Assembly (NCBI GenBank): GCA_963714095.1
Contig: OY970230.1
Coordinates: forward strand, 6,206 to 70,205
Direction: 5' to 3'
DNA: 64,000 bases
DNA from: Candidatus Gottesmanbacteria bacterium
GTDB lineage: Bacteria; Patescibacteriota; Microgenomatia; UBA10105; UBA927
Positions 48,063 to 56,759 of this stretch are shown here, piece after piece. Each line of letters opens with the position of its first letter. Position 1 is the stretch's first letter. The notes beneath the pieces were generated by a model. It did not search any database. It was not told the origin of the DNA and saw nothing but the letters and a program-made list of their open reading frames with translations. Both the position numbers and the translations under genes were made by a program.

Positions 48063-49268
48063 CTAGCGTACCCCACCGAATGCAATCCTGTCAAGTATTC
48101 TATTTTCCATAGCAAGCATCCGGGCAGGAGTCACGGTAAATTCTCCCCAGCGGTCAGCAATAGTATCCAATGCGTGAGTAAGGGCACGTTTGCGGTCCGG
48201 TGAATCAAATAACTCCAGTTGTTCCTGTGTCTCATCCGATAAAAAGTAACATGACACTGCCAGCAGTTGTACCGGTTTTTTTGGCGCCTTGGCAAGAATC
48301 CGCAGAGATGCGTTGTAAAGATCACTGCTGACAAAAAGCAGATGACTGAGTTTCTCCCCGTGGTTCCAATACGTATGATCGGAAAATGCGGTCATAATAC
48401 GGATACCTCCGGCGTTAAAATGTCCCTCCCGCAGCCTCCTGCCCATTTTTTCTACCAGTTGGGATAGAATTTGGTGTAGACGGACATCAAGGGGGAGGTA
48501 TGCCCTCGGTAAGGCATAGGAATGCCCAATGGTTTTCGTTTCATTTCGATCATAAAGATCAGTTTCCCATCCGTGAAGCATAAGCCACCAATCGTAGCCT
48601 ATTTTTGACCTAAATGCAGCTTCTAGAATGGTGCTGGATGCCCGATACATGGTAAGGGGAGAATCTATACCATAGCGGCGTAATCTGCCGCCATAGCCCT
48701 CTTTAATGCCTGTTAGATCTTCCAATTTTAATGAACATAAAATGTGTTCAATATTTTGAGCAGTAATTATATCCAACCCATCTGGTTTATGCAGGTTTGA
48801 CGAAATTTTAGCTAAGTACCGGTTCGGGGCAATACCGATACTTACCGTAAGCCAATCCCCAATTTCGTCTTTAATTCGTTTTTTTATTTTTTTTGCAACA
48901 GAGAGTTGATTATTTGAATCACATAACTTTATAACCATCTCATCAATGGATTTTATCTCTATGTCTGGGCTGTATTCTGAAAGAAGAGTAAATAGTTTTT
49001 GGTTCACAAACCGGTATTTCGGAGGATCGGGCGGCAGGACAATAAGGAGCGGATATATATTTTTTCCTTCAAAGACGTGCATTCCGGTTTTTATGCCGAG
49101 TTTTTTTGCTTCATGCGACGCGGCCAGTATACATCCGCGGTCTGTCGTATAGGCAGCAACGACGATCGGTTTGTCGCGGTAGAACGGATTTGCCTGCTGT
49201 TCAATAGAGGCAAAACATGAGTTGAGATCGATATGCATGACGGAAGCGGGAGCCGGGTTAAAATCCAT
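48063..49268 (-). CDS. dinB: Y-family DNA polymerase IV
   Basis: Motifs HIDLNSCFAS, SIDE, KPDG; clamp-binding QLELF. Confidence 0.93.
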   Translation of the reverse strand: MDFNPAPASVMHIDLNSCFASIEQQANPFYRDKPIVVAAYTTDRGCILAASHEAKKLGIKTGMHVFEGKNIYPLLIVLPPDPPKYRFVNQKLFTLLSEYSPDIEIKSIDEMVIKLCDSNNQLSVAKKIKKRIKDEIGDWLTVSIGIAPNRYLAKISSNLHKPDGLDIITAQNIEHILCSLKLEDLTGIKEGYGGRLRRYGIDSPLTMYRASSTILEAAFRSKIGYDWWLMLHGWETDLYDRNETKTIGHSYALPRAYLPLDVRLHQILSQLVEKMGRRLREGHFNAGGIRIMTAFSDHTYWNHGEKLSHLLFVSSDLYNASLRILAKAPKKPVQLLAVSCYFLSDETQEQLELFDSPDRKRALTHALDTIADRWGEFTVTPARMLAMENRILDRIAFGGVR

Positions 49269-49512
49269 CTGCCACCTCCAGCAATTTCCATAAGAGTGTT
49301 TCCGTATTAAATTTTAATTTAAAAAAATTTATGCCGTCGGTGACGGAAAATATATGCGTGAGAACCCGTCCTTCGCGCAACGTATGATGAAATCCGACTG
49401 TAGTTATCCGATAGCGTATTCCGTGCCAATATAGGCTGTACGGCAGGATTTTCTTTGTGGTATGATTGCTCCACAATGCAACCGAAACGGATTCATTGAT
49501 ATCTTCTGCCAT
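49258..49512 (-). CDS. Small dinB-associated protein (DUF6504/ImuB C-terminal-like)
   Basis: P..L.WHG.RY.I pattern; overlaps the dinB start by 11 nt. Confidence 0.7.
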   Translation of the reverse strand: MAEDINESVSVALWSNHTTKKILPYSLYWHGIRYRITTVGFHHTLREGRVLTHIFSVTDGINFFKLKFNTETLLWKLLEVADGF

Positions 49513-49599
49513 GATAAATTCATAATAAACCCGAAAATAAGACCCGTCAATCATGTGTAAACATGTATAACAATATCAAACCTACATAAAATAAACCGA

Positions 49600-50169
49600 A
49601 TGAAAAAACAAAACGGATATTTGGAAGTTATAGCCGGCCCCATGTTTTCCGGCAAAACCGAGGAGCTGATCCGTCAGGTTCGCCGCGCAGCCATTGCCAG
49701 AAAAAAATTCCAGGTATTTAAGCACGCGATCGACACGCGCTACGGAAAAGACAAAAAACTTTTTTCCCACGCGGGGCTAACATTTAAATCACATGTAGTT
49801 TCTTCTCCCAAAGCAATTCTGAAACAGCTGAACGCCAAAACCGAAATCGTGGCAATTGATGAGGCGCAGTGGTTCGGGCCGGATTTGGTGCCGGTTATAG
49901 AAGTACTTCTTAAAAAAGGTAAAAAAGTACTTGTCGCCGGCCTTGCCCTGACCTACGACCGGGAGCCGTTTGCACCGATTCCGACCCTCATGAGTATGGC
50001 GGACAAAGTAACGAAGTTATCGGCGATTTGCTCTGTCTGCGGTGACGAAGCCGTCTATCACAAACGGATTGTACGTGACAAAACTGTTAATCCCCACAAT
50101 GCAGATCCGTCACTTGTAGGTAAATTGGACACCTACCAGCCGCGCTGCCGTAATTGCTATTCTAAGTAA
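49600..50169 (+). CDS. tdk: Thymidine kinase
   Basis: Motifs GPMFSGKT, IDEAQW, CSVC...CRNC. Confidence 0.95.
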   Translation: MKKQNGYLEVIAGPMFSGKTEELIRQVRRAAIARKKFQVFKHAIDTRYGKDKKLFSHAGLTFKSHVVSSPKAILKQLNAKTEIVAIDEAQWFGPDLVPVIEVLLKKGKKVLVAGLALTYDREPFAPIPTLMSMADKVTKLSAICSVCGDEAVYHKRIVRDKTVNPHNADPSLVGKLDTYQPRCRNCYSK

Positions 50170-50339
50170 TAGATGCTATACTGCTTTGTGCAGTTGTATT
50201 GAAACAATACATCTGCTTAATAGAGTCAGTTAGAAGTGTAAGAGAAAAAACGCCCCATATTTAATTGTATAACCTGCGTCTTTTCCCCATTTCGTACTAT
50301 TTCATTTTAAGCAGTTTTATTCTTTTAATAGGTTCACCT

Positions 50340-51533
50340 ATGAGGTATACAAACAACCGGTCATTCCATCAAAACAGGTTACGCCCAAACGGAGCCCGTG
50401 CTATAAAATCCGTGCCGAAACGCGAGCTTTTGGCCGCAATTGCCCAGAGCAAGCTCCTACAAACCGGCAGGCCTGATGTATCAGAGTCCATTGAATCAGC
50501 CGGAACGTTCAACGATTTTAGCCTGAATCCGGTTCTTCTTGAAAATATCCGTACAAAAGGTTTTTTGAGCCTTACGCCTATCCAGTCAAAGGTAATTCCT
50601 GCAGTCATAGCGAAACGTGATGTCATCGCTGTTGCCAATACCGGCACAGGAAAAACTGCGGCTTTTTTAATTCCGCTTATCCAAAAAATATCACTGGACC
50701 GCGTGCAACGCGTGCTGGTTATAGCGCCGACACGGGAACTTGCGTACCAGATTCATACGGAGCTCCGCGATTTCGCCCGTGGGTTGTCCATTCGAAGCGC
50801 CCTCTTAATCGGCGGTGCAAACGAGTGGAGACAGAAAACTGATCTGCAGTACGATCCGCATGTTGTTATTGCCACGCCGGGAAGGCTTAAGGAATTTATA
50901 GAGACACATGTAATCCGTTTATCGGGTTTTAGAAATGTCGTTTTGGACGAAGCTGACCGGATGGTAGATATAGGATTTATTAAAGAAATTCAATATTTTA
51001 TCTCTCTTTTGCCGAGTGCGCGACAGTCACTCTTTTTTTCCGCTACAATTTCCGGGAACGCCGGCCAATTATTAGCAAATTTTGTAAAAAATCCTGTCAG
51101 CTTTTCTTTGAAATCTGAATCAACAGAGTCCCAGATTACTCAGGATGTGGTACAGATCGCCGCCAACACAACGAAAATCGATACGCTTCATGCATTGCTG
51201 CAAAAACGTGAATTTTCAAAAGTGCTCGTGTTTGGCAGAACGAAGCATGGTGTACAGAAAGTATCCGATGAACTTATACGCCGCGGTATCAAATCCGGGG
51301 CGATCCACGGGAATAAACGTCAAAATCAACGTCAGCATGTCCTCAACCAATTCATTCATAATGAAATTCAGATATTACTGGCGACGGATGTTGCAAGCCG
51401 GGGCCTGGATATACCGGACGTTTCGCATGTCATTAATTATGATCTTCCGGAGTCTATGGATGATTATATCCACCGTATAGGACGCACCGGAAGGGCAAAC
51501 AAACGGGGTGTCGCGTTGACGTTTATTGAGTAA
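50340..51533 (+). CDS. DEAD-box RNA helicase
   Basis: Motifs TPIQ, TGTGKT, PTRELA, DEAD, SAT, HRIGRTGRA. Confidence 0.95.
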   Translation: MRYTNNRSFHQNRLRPNGARAIKSVPKRELLAAIAQSKLLQTGRPDVSESIESAGTFNDFSLNPVLLENIRTKGFLSLTPIQSKVIPAVIAKRDVIAVANTGTGKTAAFLIPLIQKISLDRVQRVLVIAPTRELAYQIHTELRDFARGLSIRSALLIGGANEWRQKTDLQYDPHVVIATPGRLKEFIETHVIRLSGFRNVVLDEADRMVDIGFIKEIQYFISLLPSARQSLFFSATISGNAGQLLANFVKNPVSFSLKSESTESQITQDVVQIAANTTKIDTLHALLQKREFSKVLVFGRTKHGVQKVSDELIRRGIKSGAIHGNKRQNQRQHVLNQFIHNEIQILLATDVASRGLDIPDVSHVINYDLPESMDDYIHRIGRTGRANKRGVALTFIE

Positions 51534-51535
51534 AC

Positions 51536-51892
51536 GTGTATAGTAGATTTATAATCCAAAAATCGACAAACAGTAATTATTCTCTTCTAAACGAACGTGA
51601 TCTTATATTAGATACTGCCGTTAATCTCACACAGATAGGCACATGGGCACAGAATAGTTTTTCCAAAGATAACGAGCGGATAGCATTGTTCCTCAGGCTC
51701 ACACGTAAAAATCTTAATGCATTACTTGGGTTTCCTACCTGTCCTTCATTTGAGCCGTGCTTTCATAAATTCAGTAATTCATTTACCAGATTAGAAAAAG
51801 AATACAGCTCGGGAATCGTGGACCACACTATTTGGGGAACCCGGATGCTTACCTGGGCTTCGACTCTCACGCAAAACGTAAAACTGATATAA
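51536..51892 (+). CDS. Hypothetical helical protein
   Basis: 118-aa ORF 2 nt downstream of the helicase stop; GTG start. Confidence 0.6.
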   Translation: MYSRFIIQKSTNSNYSLLNERDLILDTAVNLTQIGTWAQNSFSKDNERIALFLRLTRKNLNALLGFPTCPSFEPCFHKFSNSFTRLEKEYSSGIVDHTIWGTRMLTWASTLTQNVKLI

Positions 51893-51919
51893 CCTTCGTC
51901 TGTAGTATACTTTAGCTGT

Positions 51920-53515
51920 ATGCTCGTCATCCTCATTTCTATACTCTTTGCGATCCTTGTATCCAGCCCGTACATTGCCGGTGTTTTGCAACAAGCACCG
52001 GGTACAACGTTTGCCGGTGTTGTTCATTATCCGCCGGATTACTTCTACTACCTTTCCTATATGGCACAGGGTAAATTCCGATGGTTGACGTCATTTTACC
52101 TGAGTACTCAGGAAGCAACAAAGCCTGTTTTCTACCATTGGTTCTATGTGCTTTCGGGCCGCATCTTTGCCGTATTGCATATTTCCGACATCGTCGGATA
52201 CCAGCTGCTTGTTTTGGGATTAACGATTGTACTTCTTCTGGTTTCGTACCGTCTTATCCGTAAAGTTGTCCCATCCCCCGCCGGGCGTACGATTGCGTAT
52301 ATCCTTTTTCTGGCAAGTAACGCGTGGCCATATCTGGTCAATACGCCTCACGGTTGGACCGTACAATATTATACCGTTTGGTATAATTTTGGTGAACCGT
52401 TTATCCGCTTTTCCAGTATCCCTCATCACTTACTGGCGCAAAGCGTGCTTATTGTTGCACTGCTGCTGTTGACCCGTCTCCCGCATCCGGGACACTCACG
52501 TTTTTTGTCCACATGGTTTTTCATATTGATGTCAGGATTTCTCCTTGCAAGTACGCAAACCCCACTCGTGCTGGTCGTTGTGCTGACATACGGAATATTT
52601 TGGGTGAAAGATATCATAATCCGCTCGCGGGATACAAAAACGTTTTTGTCGGCTGCAATATCTTCTCCGGTTTTTCCCGCTCTCGTGTTTCTCTGCGCAG
52701 GAGCCGGCCCCTATATGATCTACCTGCGCATGCTGTTTCAGCAACCCGTCTATAGTGTGATTACCAGTTGGGAGCCAGCGCAGCAGGTACGCATGACTAC
52801 GCTGCAATTTTTCCAAGTGAACGGACCCGTGATGCTTCTCGGAGTTGCTGGATTGCCTTTGTTTATTTCAAAACGTACAAGAGTTCGGAGCGTTATCATT
52901 GTCTTCACAATAATTTCCTGGATTATTTTTTTATCAAAAATACCCGCCTTTATTTCCGTTCTGAATGTCAGATTTCTTTCCGTTGTGCCTACCCTTACGA
53001 TGGCCTGCTCTGCCGCCGCTCTTATTGAAGCCATCGGGAGGCGCGTCGCACCGCGTCTGCAAATGCCGATCACTATAGCGGTAACAGTGTTAATTGTCGG
53101 ACTGACGCTTCCAGCAACTGTCCAACAAATTGTTGCACGCGCCACATTTGATCCGGTAAACGCGTACTATTTTTTACCTAATGGTGCAATGGATGTATAT
53201 CAGCATATTGATAAGTTTATTCAACCGCAGGAAACGTGCCTCGTTATCTGGCCGTTTCACATATCATTTGCGGGGTTGACAGGCAGGAGGTCTTTTACTG
53301 CCAATGAATACGGGACAATCAATTATGGGGAAAAGGAACAACTGGAAGGTACGTTTTTCTCCGATACTACGCCGTTTGACCAGAAAGTCCAGATTTTAAA
53401 ATCCAACAAACTATCCTGCGTCGTCACCTACTCATTCACACGAAATTTACCTATGAGCGTCCTTACGGCTGTTTACCAAAATAGCTATATGACGATTTAT
53501 CGGGTAAAGGAGTGA
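51920..53515 (+). CDS. Polytopic membrane protein (GT-C glycosyltransferase-like)
   Basis: About 11 TM helices; DYFYYLS..QG loop; PH motif; soluble C-terminal domain ending YQNSYMTIYRV. Confidence 0.7.
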   Translation: MLVILISILFAILVSSPYIAGVLQQAPGTTFAGVVHYPPDYFYYLSYMAQGKFRWLTSFYLSTQEATKPVFYHWFYVLSGRIFAVLHISDIVGYQLLVLGLTIVLLLVSYRLIRKVVPSPAGRTIAYILFLASNAWPYLVNTPHGWTVQYYTVWYNFGEPFIRFSSIPHHLLAQSVLIVALLLLTRLPHPGHSRFLSTWFFILMSGFLLASTQTPLVLVVVLTYGIFWVKDIIIRSRDTKTFLSAAISSPVFPALVFLCAGAGPYMIYLRMLFQQPVYSVITSWEPAQQVRMTTLQFFQVNGPVMLLGVAGLPLFISKRTRVRSVIIVFTIISWIIFLSKIPAFISVLNVRFLSVVPTLTMACSAAALIEAIGRRVAPRLQMPITIAVTVLIVGLTLPATVQQIVARATFDPVNAYYFLPNGAMDVYQHIDKFIQPQETCLVIWPFHISFAGLTGRRSFTANEYGTINYGEKEQLEGTFFSDTTPFDQKVQILKSNKLSCVVTYSFTRNLPMSVLTAVYQNSYMTIYRVKE

Positions 53516-54018
53516 GGATTTCTGACGTGTTTGGCCATGCGGGTTGCCCACTCCTTCGGATGGAAGTTTATAAGGTACAAAGCAATCAAAAGCCCCGTAC
53601 CTATATAGAGGAAATCGAGAAACGACGGGTGAAGGGACAACTGAATCACTTGGAACGGCAGCATAATAATAGTAAGAGCAACTAACAGGTCCACGCCCCA
53701 GTTTTGTTTATACATGAGACCTATTGCGCCCGCTATTTTTGCTGCTCCCAACAGAATAAGATACAACACGAGAAACGTATGATGGGCAAGTACGTTCGGG
53801 ATTACCCGTTCCGTTAAACGGACGAGTACATCGTGCGGATCCTCGGAAAGCTCGCCGGTAGCGTAGACCCGGTACCAAAGAAGGGCTTTGTGGCCAAAAA
53901 ATGTAATGCCTATCCCGAAAACAAATTCCGCAAGTCCGAAAAGCATTTTGTAGACGATGATATACCATGAAACGTGGAACTCTTTTTCAATCCGTTCTTC
54001 TGTTCCGGGAGATTTCAT
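53497..54018 (-). CDS. DUF2127-like membrane protein
   Basis: Motifs K..FG..E, ELSEDPHD, YLILLG.AK. Confidence 0.75.
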   Translation of the reverse strand: MKSPGTEERIEKEFHVSWYIIVYKMLFGLAEFVFGIGITFFGHKALLWYRVYATGELSEDPHDVLVRLTERVIPNVLAHHTFLVLYLILLGAAKIAGAIGLMYKQNWGVDLLVALTIIMLPFQVIQLSLHPSFLDFLYIGTGLLIALYLINFHPKEWATRMAKHVRNPHSFTR

Positions 54019-54060
54019 AGGGTGTATGTATTATACCCCATACGGATTCCGTGTCGAAGC

Positions 54061-54582
54061 TTACAACCATAACTTTATCAAATAGGTAATATACTTACTG
54101 AGTATAAGTACCATTGTGGCGATGAAAATGTGTTCTATAATAATTTTTTGTGGGGCAACATGCCGCTTTTTTGCAACTAAATAACTGATCGTCGCAAGAA
54201 TGAGAAAGCCATAGACGATGGAACAGACAACGGCTATCGTCGGGGGCAGAGCAAGGACAAATACGATAAAAATAAGGATGACTCCTAATCTGGTTCCGAA
54301 ATTTGACAGAGTCATTTTCCATACGTCACGAAATGAAGAACGCTCCCCCTCCTTGTATATATGAATACCAAGGGTGTCAGATATATTGTCCGCAAGGGCT
54401 ATAATACATAGACTTCCTACCAGCATCATCTTCGATTTCACGCTTGTATCGAAACTTGTGATGAGAGCCAAACACGTAAGTACTGCCGATACGGCTCCGA
54501 AGCTAAAATGTGACAACCTGTCTTTTTGTTGGTTGATGAAGCCAAGAAGATATCGGCGGATGGATTTAAGCATAGGATGCAA
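54061..54582 (-). CDS. VIT1/CCC1-like membrane protein
   Basis: Motifs FSFG..SA..T, IIALADNISDTLGIHIY.E. Confidence 0.75.
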   Translation of the reverse strand: MHPMLKSIRRYLLGFINQQKDRLSHFSFGAVSAVLTCLALITSFDTSVKSKMMLVGSLCIIALADNISDTLGIHIYKEGERSSFRDVWKMTLSNFGTRLGVILIFIVFVLALPPTIAVVCSIVYGFLILATISYLVAKKRHVAPQKIIIEHIFIATMVLILSKYITYLIKLWL

Positions 54583-54732
54583 TTGTACCCCGCTTGTCCT
54601 GAATTTCCAACAATTATTTATGACAGGGACATATTTTCAAGCAAATATTCGTTCAATGTTGCTAAAAAAGAGTTTTTAGTTTAAATAGAACATGCGTTTT
54701 CATTTTTGCGATATATTGTTTATAGTTAAGTT

Positions 54733-55656
54733 ATGGGAGAACAACCGCCTATTGCTCCGCCGATTCAGGAAATAACGCTGTCCGAACCGATCTTTTATCC
54801 TGGAATAGCGAAAAATACGTTATTATTTCATGGAACTCGGAGTCAGGAAAAGCTCCAACAAATCTTAAAGCAGGGTCTTAAACCACCGGACGAAGCAATT
54901 TCACGCGATACCCTGGCAAGAAGAATAAGTTTTTGTGACGCCGAGCGTTATATCGGCCTGGGAGATGGTGCTATTATCGCATTTAAACCCCGCAAAGAGG
55001 AAGTTTCACCAAATAATCCTCATTTTGCCCGAACTCAACAAATAGCGCTTGGTATAAATCACCTGCCTCCTGAAAGAGCTATTTTTTATATTCCCGGACG
55101 TTCTCGACTTCCGCGAACACTGTTTGATTCCATGAAACAAGCGGTTACCGATTATTATATGCATGGTTTTAATAAGGAACCTCTTGTAAATTCGTTACAA
55201 GATATGGTCGTCATAGCAGAAAGGCAATTAACGCAGGAAGCGGTTTTTGTGAGCACAAAGCCAGTAGATACACATCAGGTAGCACATGAACTTGTCTGGA
55301 ATGAATTATGCGGACGATTAACCCACGATTATGATGATGTCGAATATAATACGACACTCATAAGTAAACTGAGAGAGAAAGGCGAAATATCTTCGACGGG
55401 GCAATTAGTACAATTGATTCATGAAGATAACGATTTTAATACTTTTGATCCAACAATATATTTAAATCTTGTCAAATTACTTTCTACAGTTGACACGATT
55501 AACGGCTTGGGTTTTGAAGATATTCCGTATCAGCTAAACGAAAATGTTGTTGCAACAAGAAATTGGATAAGTATACTCCCCGAGAGTGTACAAGAGGCCC
55601 AGCCGGTGTCACCGAGAAATACCTTACGTAGACTGCTTAATAGGTTTAAAAGATAA
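54733..55656 (+). CDS. Hypothetical protein with N-terminal ADP-ribosyltransferase-like motifs
   Basis: LFHGT...ILKQGL...ISF...LPPE pattern; TATAGT-N6-ATG promoter. Confidence 0.6.
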   Translation: MGEQPPIAPPIQEITLSEPIFYPGIAKNTLLFHGTRSQEKLQQILKQGLKPPDEAISRDTLARRISFCDAERYIGLGDGAIIAFKPRKEEVSPNNPHFARTQQIALGINHLPPERAIFYIPGRSRLPRTLFDSMKQAVTDYYMHGFNKEPLVNSLQDMVVIAERQLTQEAVFVSTKPVDTHQVAHELVWNELCGRLTHDYDDVEYNTTLISKLREKGEISSTGQLVQLIHEDNDFNTFDPTIYLNLVKLLSTVDTINGLGFEDIPYQLNENVVATRNWISILPESVQEAQPVSPRNTLRRLLNRFKR

Positions 55657-55727
55657 GAAAAATAATGTCTTTCATCATTCGAGGCTAATATGTTGATATA
55701 AAGCCTATAATATGATACCATCACCTG

Positions 55728-56114
55728 ATGTTTTTCAAAGGAGAGCAACCCAATCCGTTTAGATATGATTTTGTTCCCAGAGTCAATTGTATTGGGTATG
55801 TGTACCACGAGCTTAAAATCGACCCGAAAGAAAAATTTAGAGATCCGGGGTTATTAGAGTCGCTCCTGAAAGACTTTGATGAAGTACCCGATGTCACGCA
55901 AGCACAGGCGGTAGCTGTTGTTTACCCACTGGAGGATGGCAGTCTCTTTGTTGACCACTGTGCGATCATAGAGGATGCAGGAAAAATGACAATCCGGCAC
56001 AGAGCAGGAAAAAATGCTGAAATCCGGCCTGATACCTTGTCAACAGGACTAGACTTCTATCTCAAGGCCAACAAAAGAGCCAAAAAGGTTTTTCTTACCA
56101 GAAAAGATCAATAA
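55728..56114 (+). CDS. Hypothetical protein, possible papain/NlpC-like Cys-His fold
   Basis: NCIGYV...DHCAII...HRAG. Confidence 0.6.
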   Translation: MFFKGEQPNPFRYDFVPRVNCIGYVYHELKIDPKEKFRDPGLLESLLKDFDEVPDVTQAQAVAVVYPLEDGSLFVDHCAIIEDAGKMTIRHRAGKNAEIRPDTLSTGLDFYLKANKRAKKVFLTRKDQ

Positions 56115-56208
56115 TGTTGTTAAATAATAAAGTCTTACCTTTTACACGATCTCAAACAGATACTCTTTATGTTGCCATAGCTTCGTATTTTTGTTATTAT
56201 GGATGTAT

Positions 56209-56415
56209 ATGAGCGAAGCTAAAGTTGGCTTAGATGCAGAAGTAGATACGTTCCGAACAAAAGACCTGCATACACAAACTATGGAGGCGCTGGCAGAAAC
56301 ACTACAAAAAGATCCAACCTTGATTGACACGTCAAGAAAAGTGTTTGGCGTAGCGCCAACTAAACGCCCATCAGAGTTGGTAACAAAACCATTGAAACCC
56401 CAAGCACCAAAGTAG
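56209..56415 (+). CDS. Small hypothetical protein
   Basis: 68-aa ORF co-oriented with its neighbours. Confidence 0.5.
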   Translation: MSEAKVGLDAEVDTFRTKDLHTQTMEALAETLQKDPTLIDTSRKVFGVAPTKRPSELVTKPLKPQAPK

Positions 56416-56539
56416 AGCTACAACCACGTCAGGGTAAGTGGATCATCTATAAAAATAAACCGAATTCTCAGGCTTGCCCTTTATATTCATACGGTATATA
56501 AATATACAAGACACGCAGAATAGTCGGTTGTTTATAGTA

Positions 56540-56650
56540 ACGTAACGGGTAAAGGAAGACTGTGTAAATCAGTCACTGTGCCGCAACGGTACACCCAATA
56601 TGAATTGGGTAGAGTCCGGAACTTTCCGTTATATTCCCGAGCAGGAAGAT
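56540..56650 (+). promoter_or_regulatory. Compact cobalamin-riboswitch-like element (class II/AdoCbl-variant-like)
   Basis: P1 TAACGG/CCGTTA; AAAGGAA; P4 GACTG-TGTAAAT-CAGTC; ACTGTGCCGCAACGGT; P6 ACCCAAT/ATTGGGT; AGAGTCCGGA; P13 TTCC-CGAGCA-GGAA able to kiss L5. Confidence 0.8.
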
Positions 56651-56729
56651 ATACGGCTGTTAGTTGTTTAGATGACGGCAATTCGTTGTTAGTACTGTTG
56701 TGATTTAGACAGTTAACGGCTTATAGATG

Positions 56730-56759
56730 TCCTCCCTTGGGATTATGGGGGGATTTTTT
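56730..56759 (+). terminator. Intrinsic terminator-like hairpin overlapping the RBS of the downstream gene
   Basis: TCCTCCC-N10-GGGGGGA followed by TTTTTT and then ATG at 56760. Confidence 0.7.

Noticed and set aside
56727-56759. Upstream ATG for the 661-aa ORF
   Set aside because: It lies in the terminator/RBS hairpin; ATG 56760 has a G-rich SD at suitable spacing. Not fully excluded.
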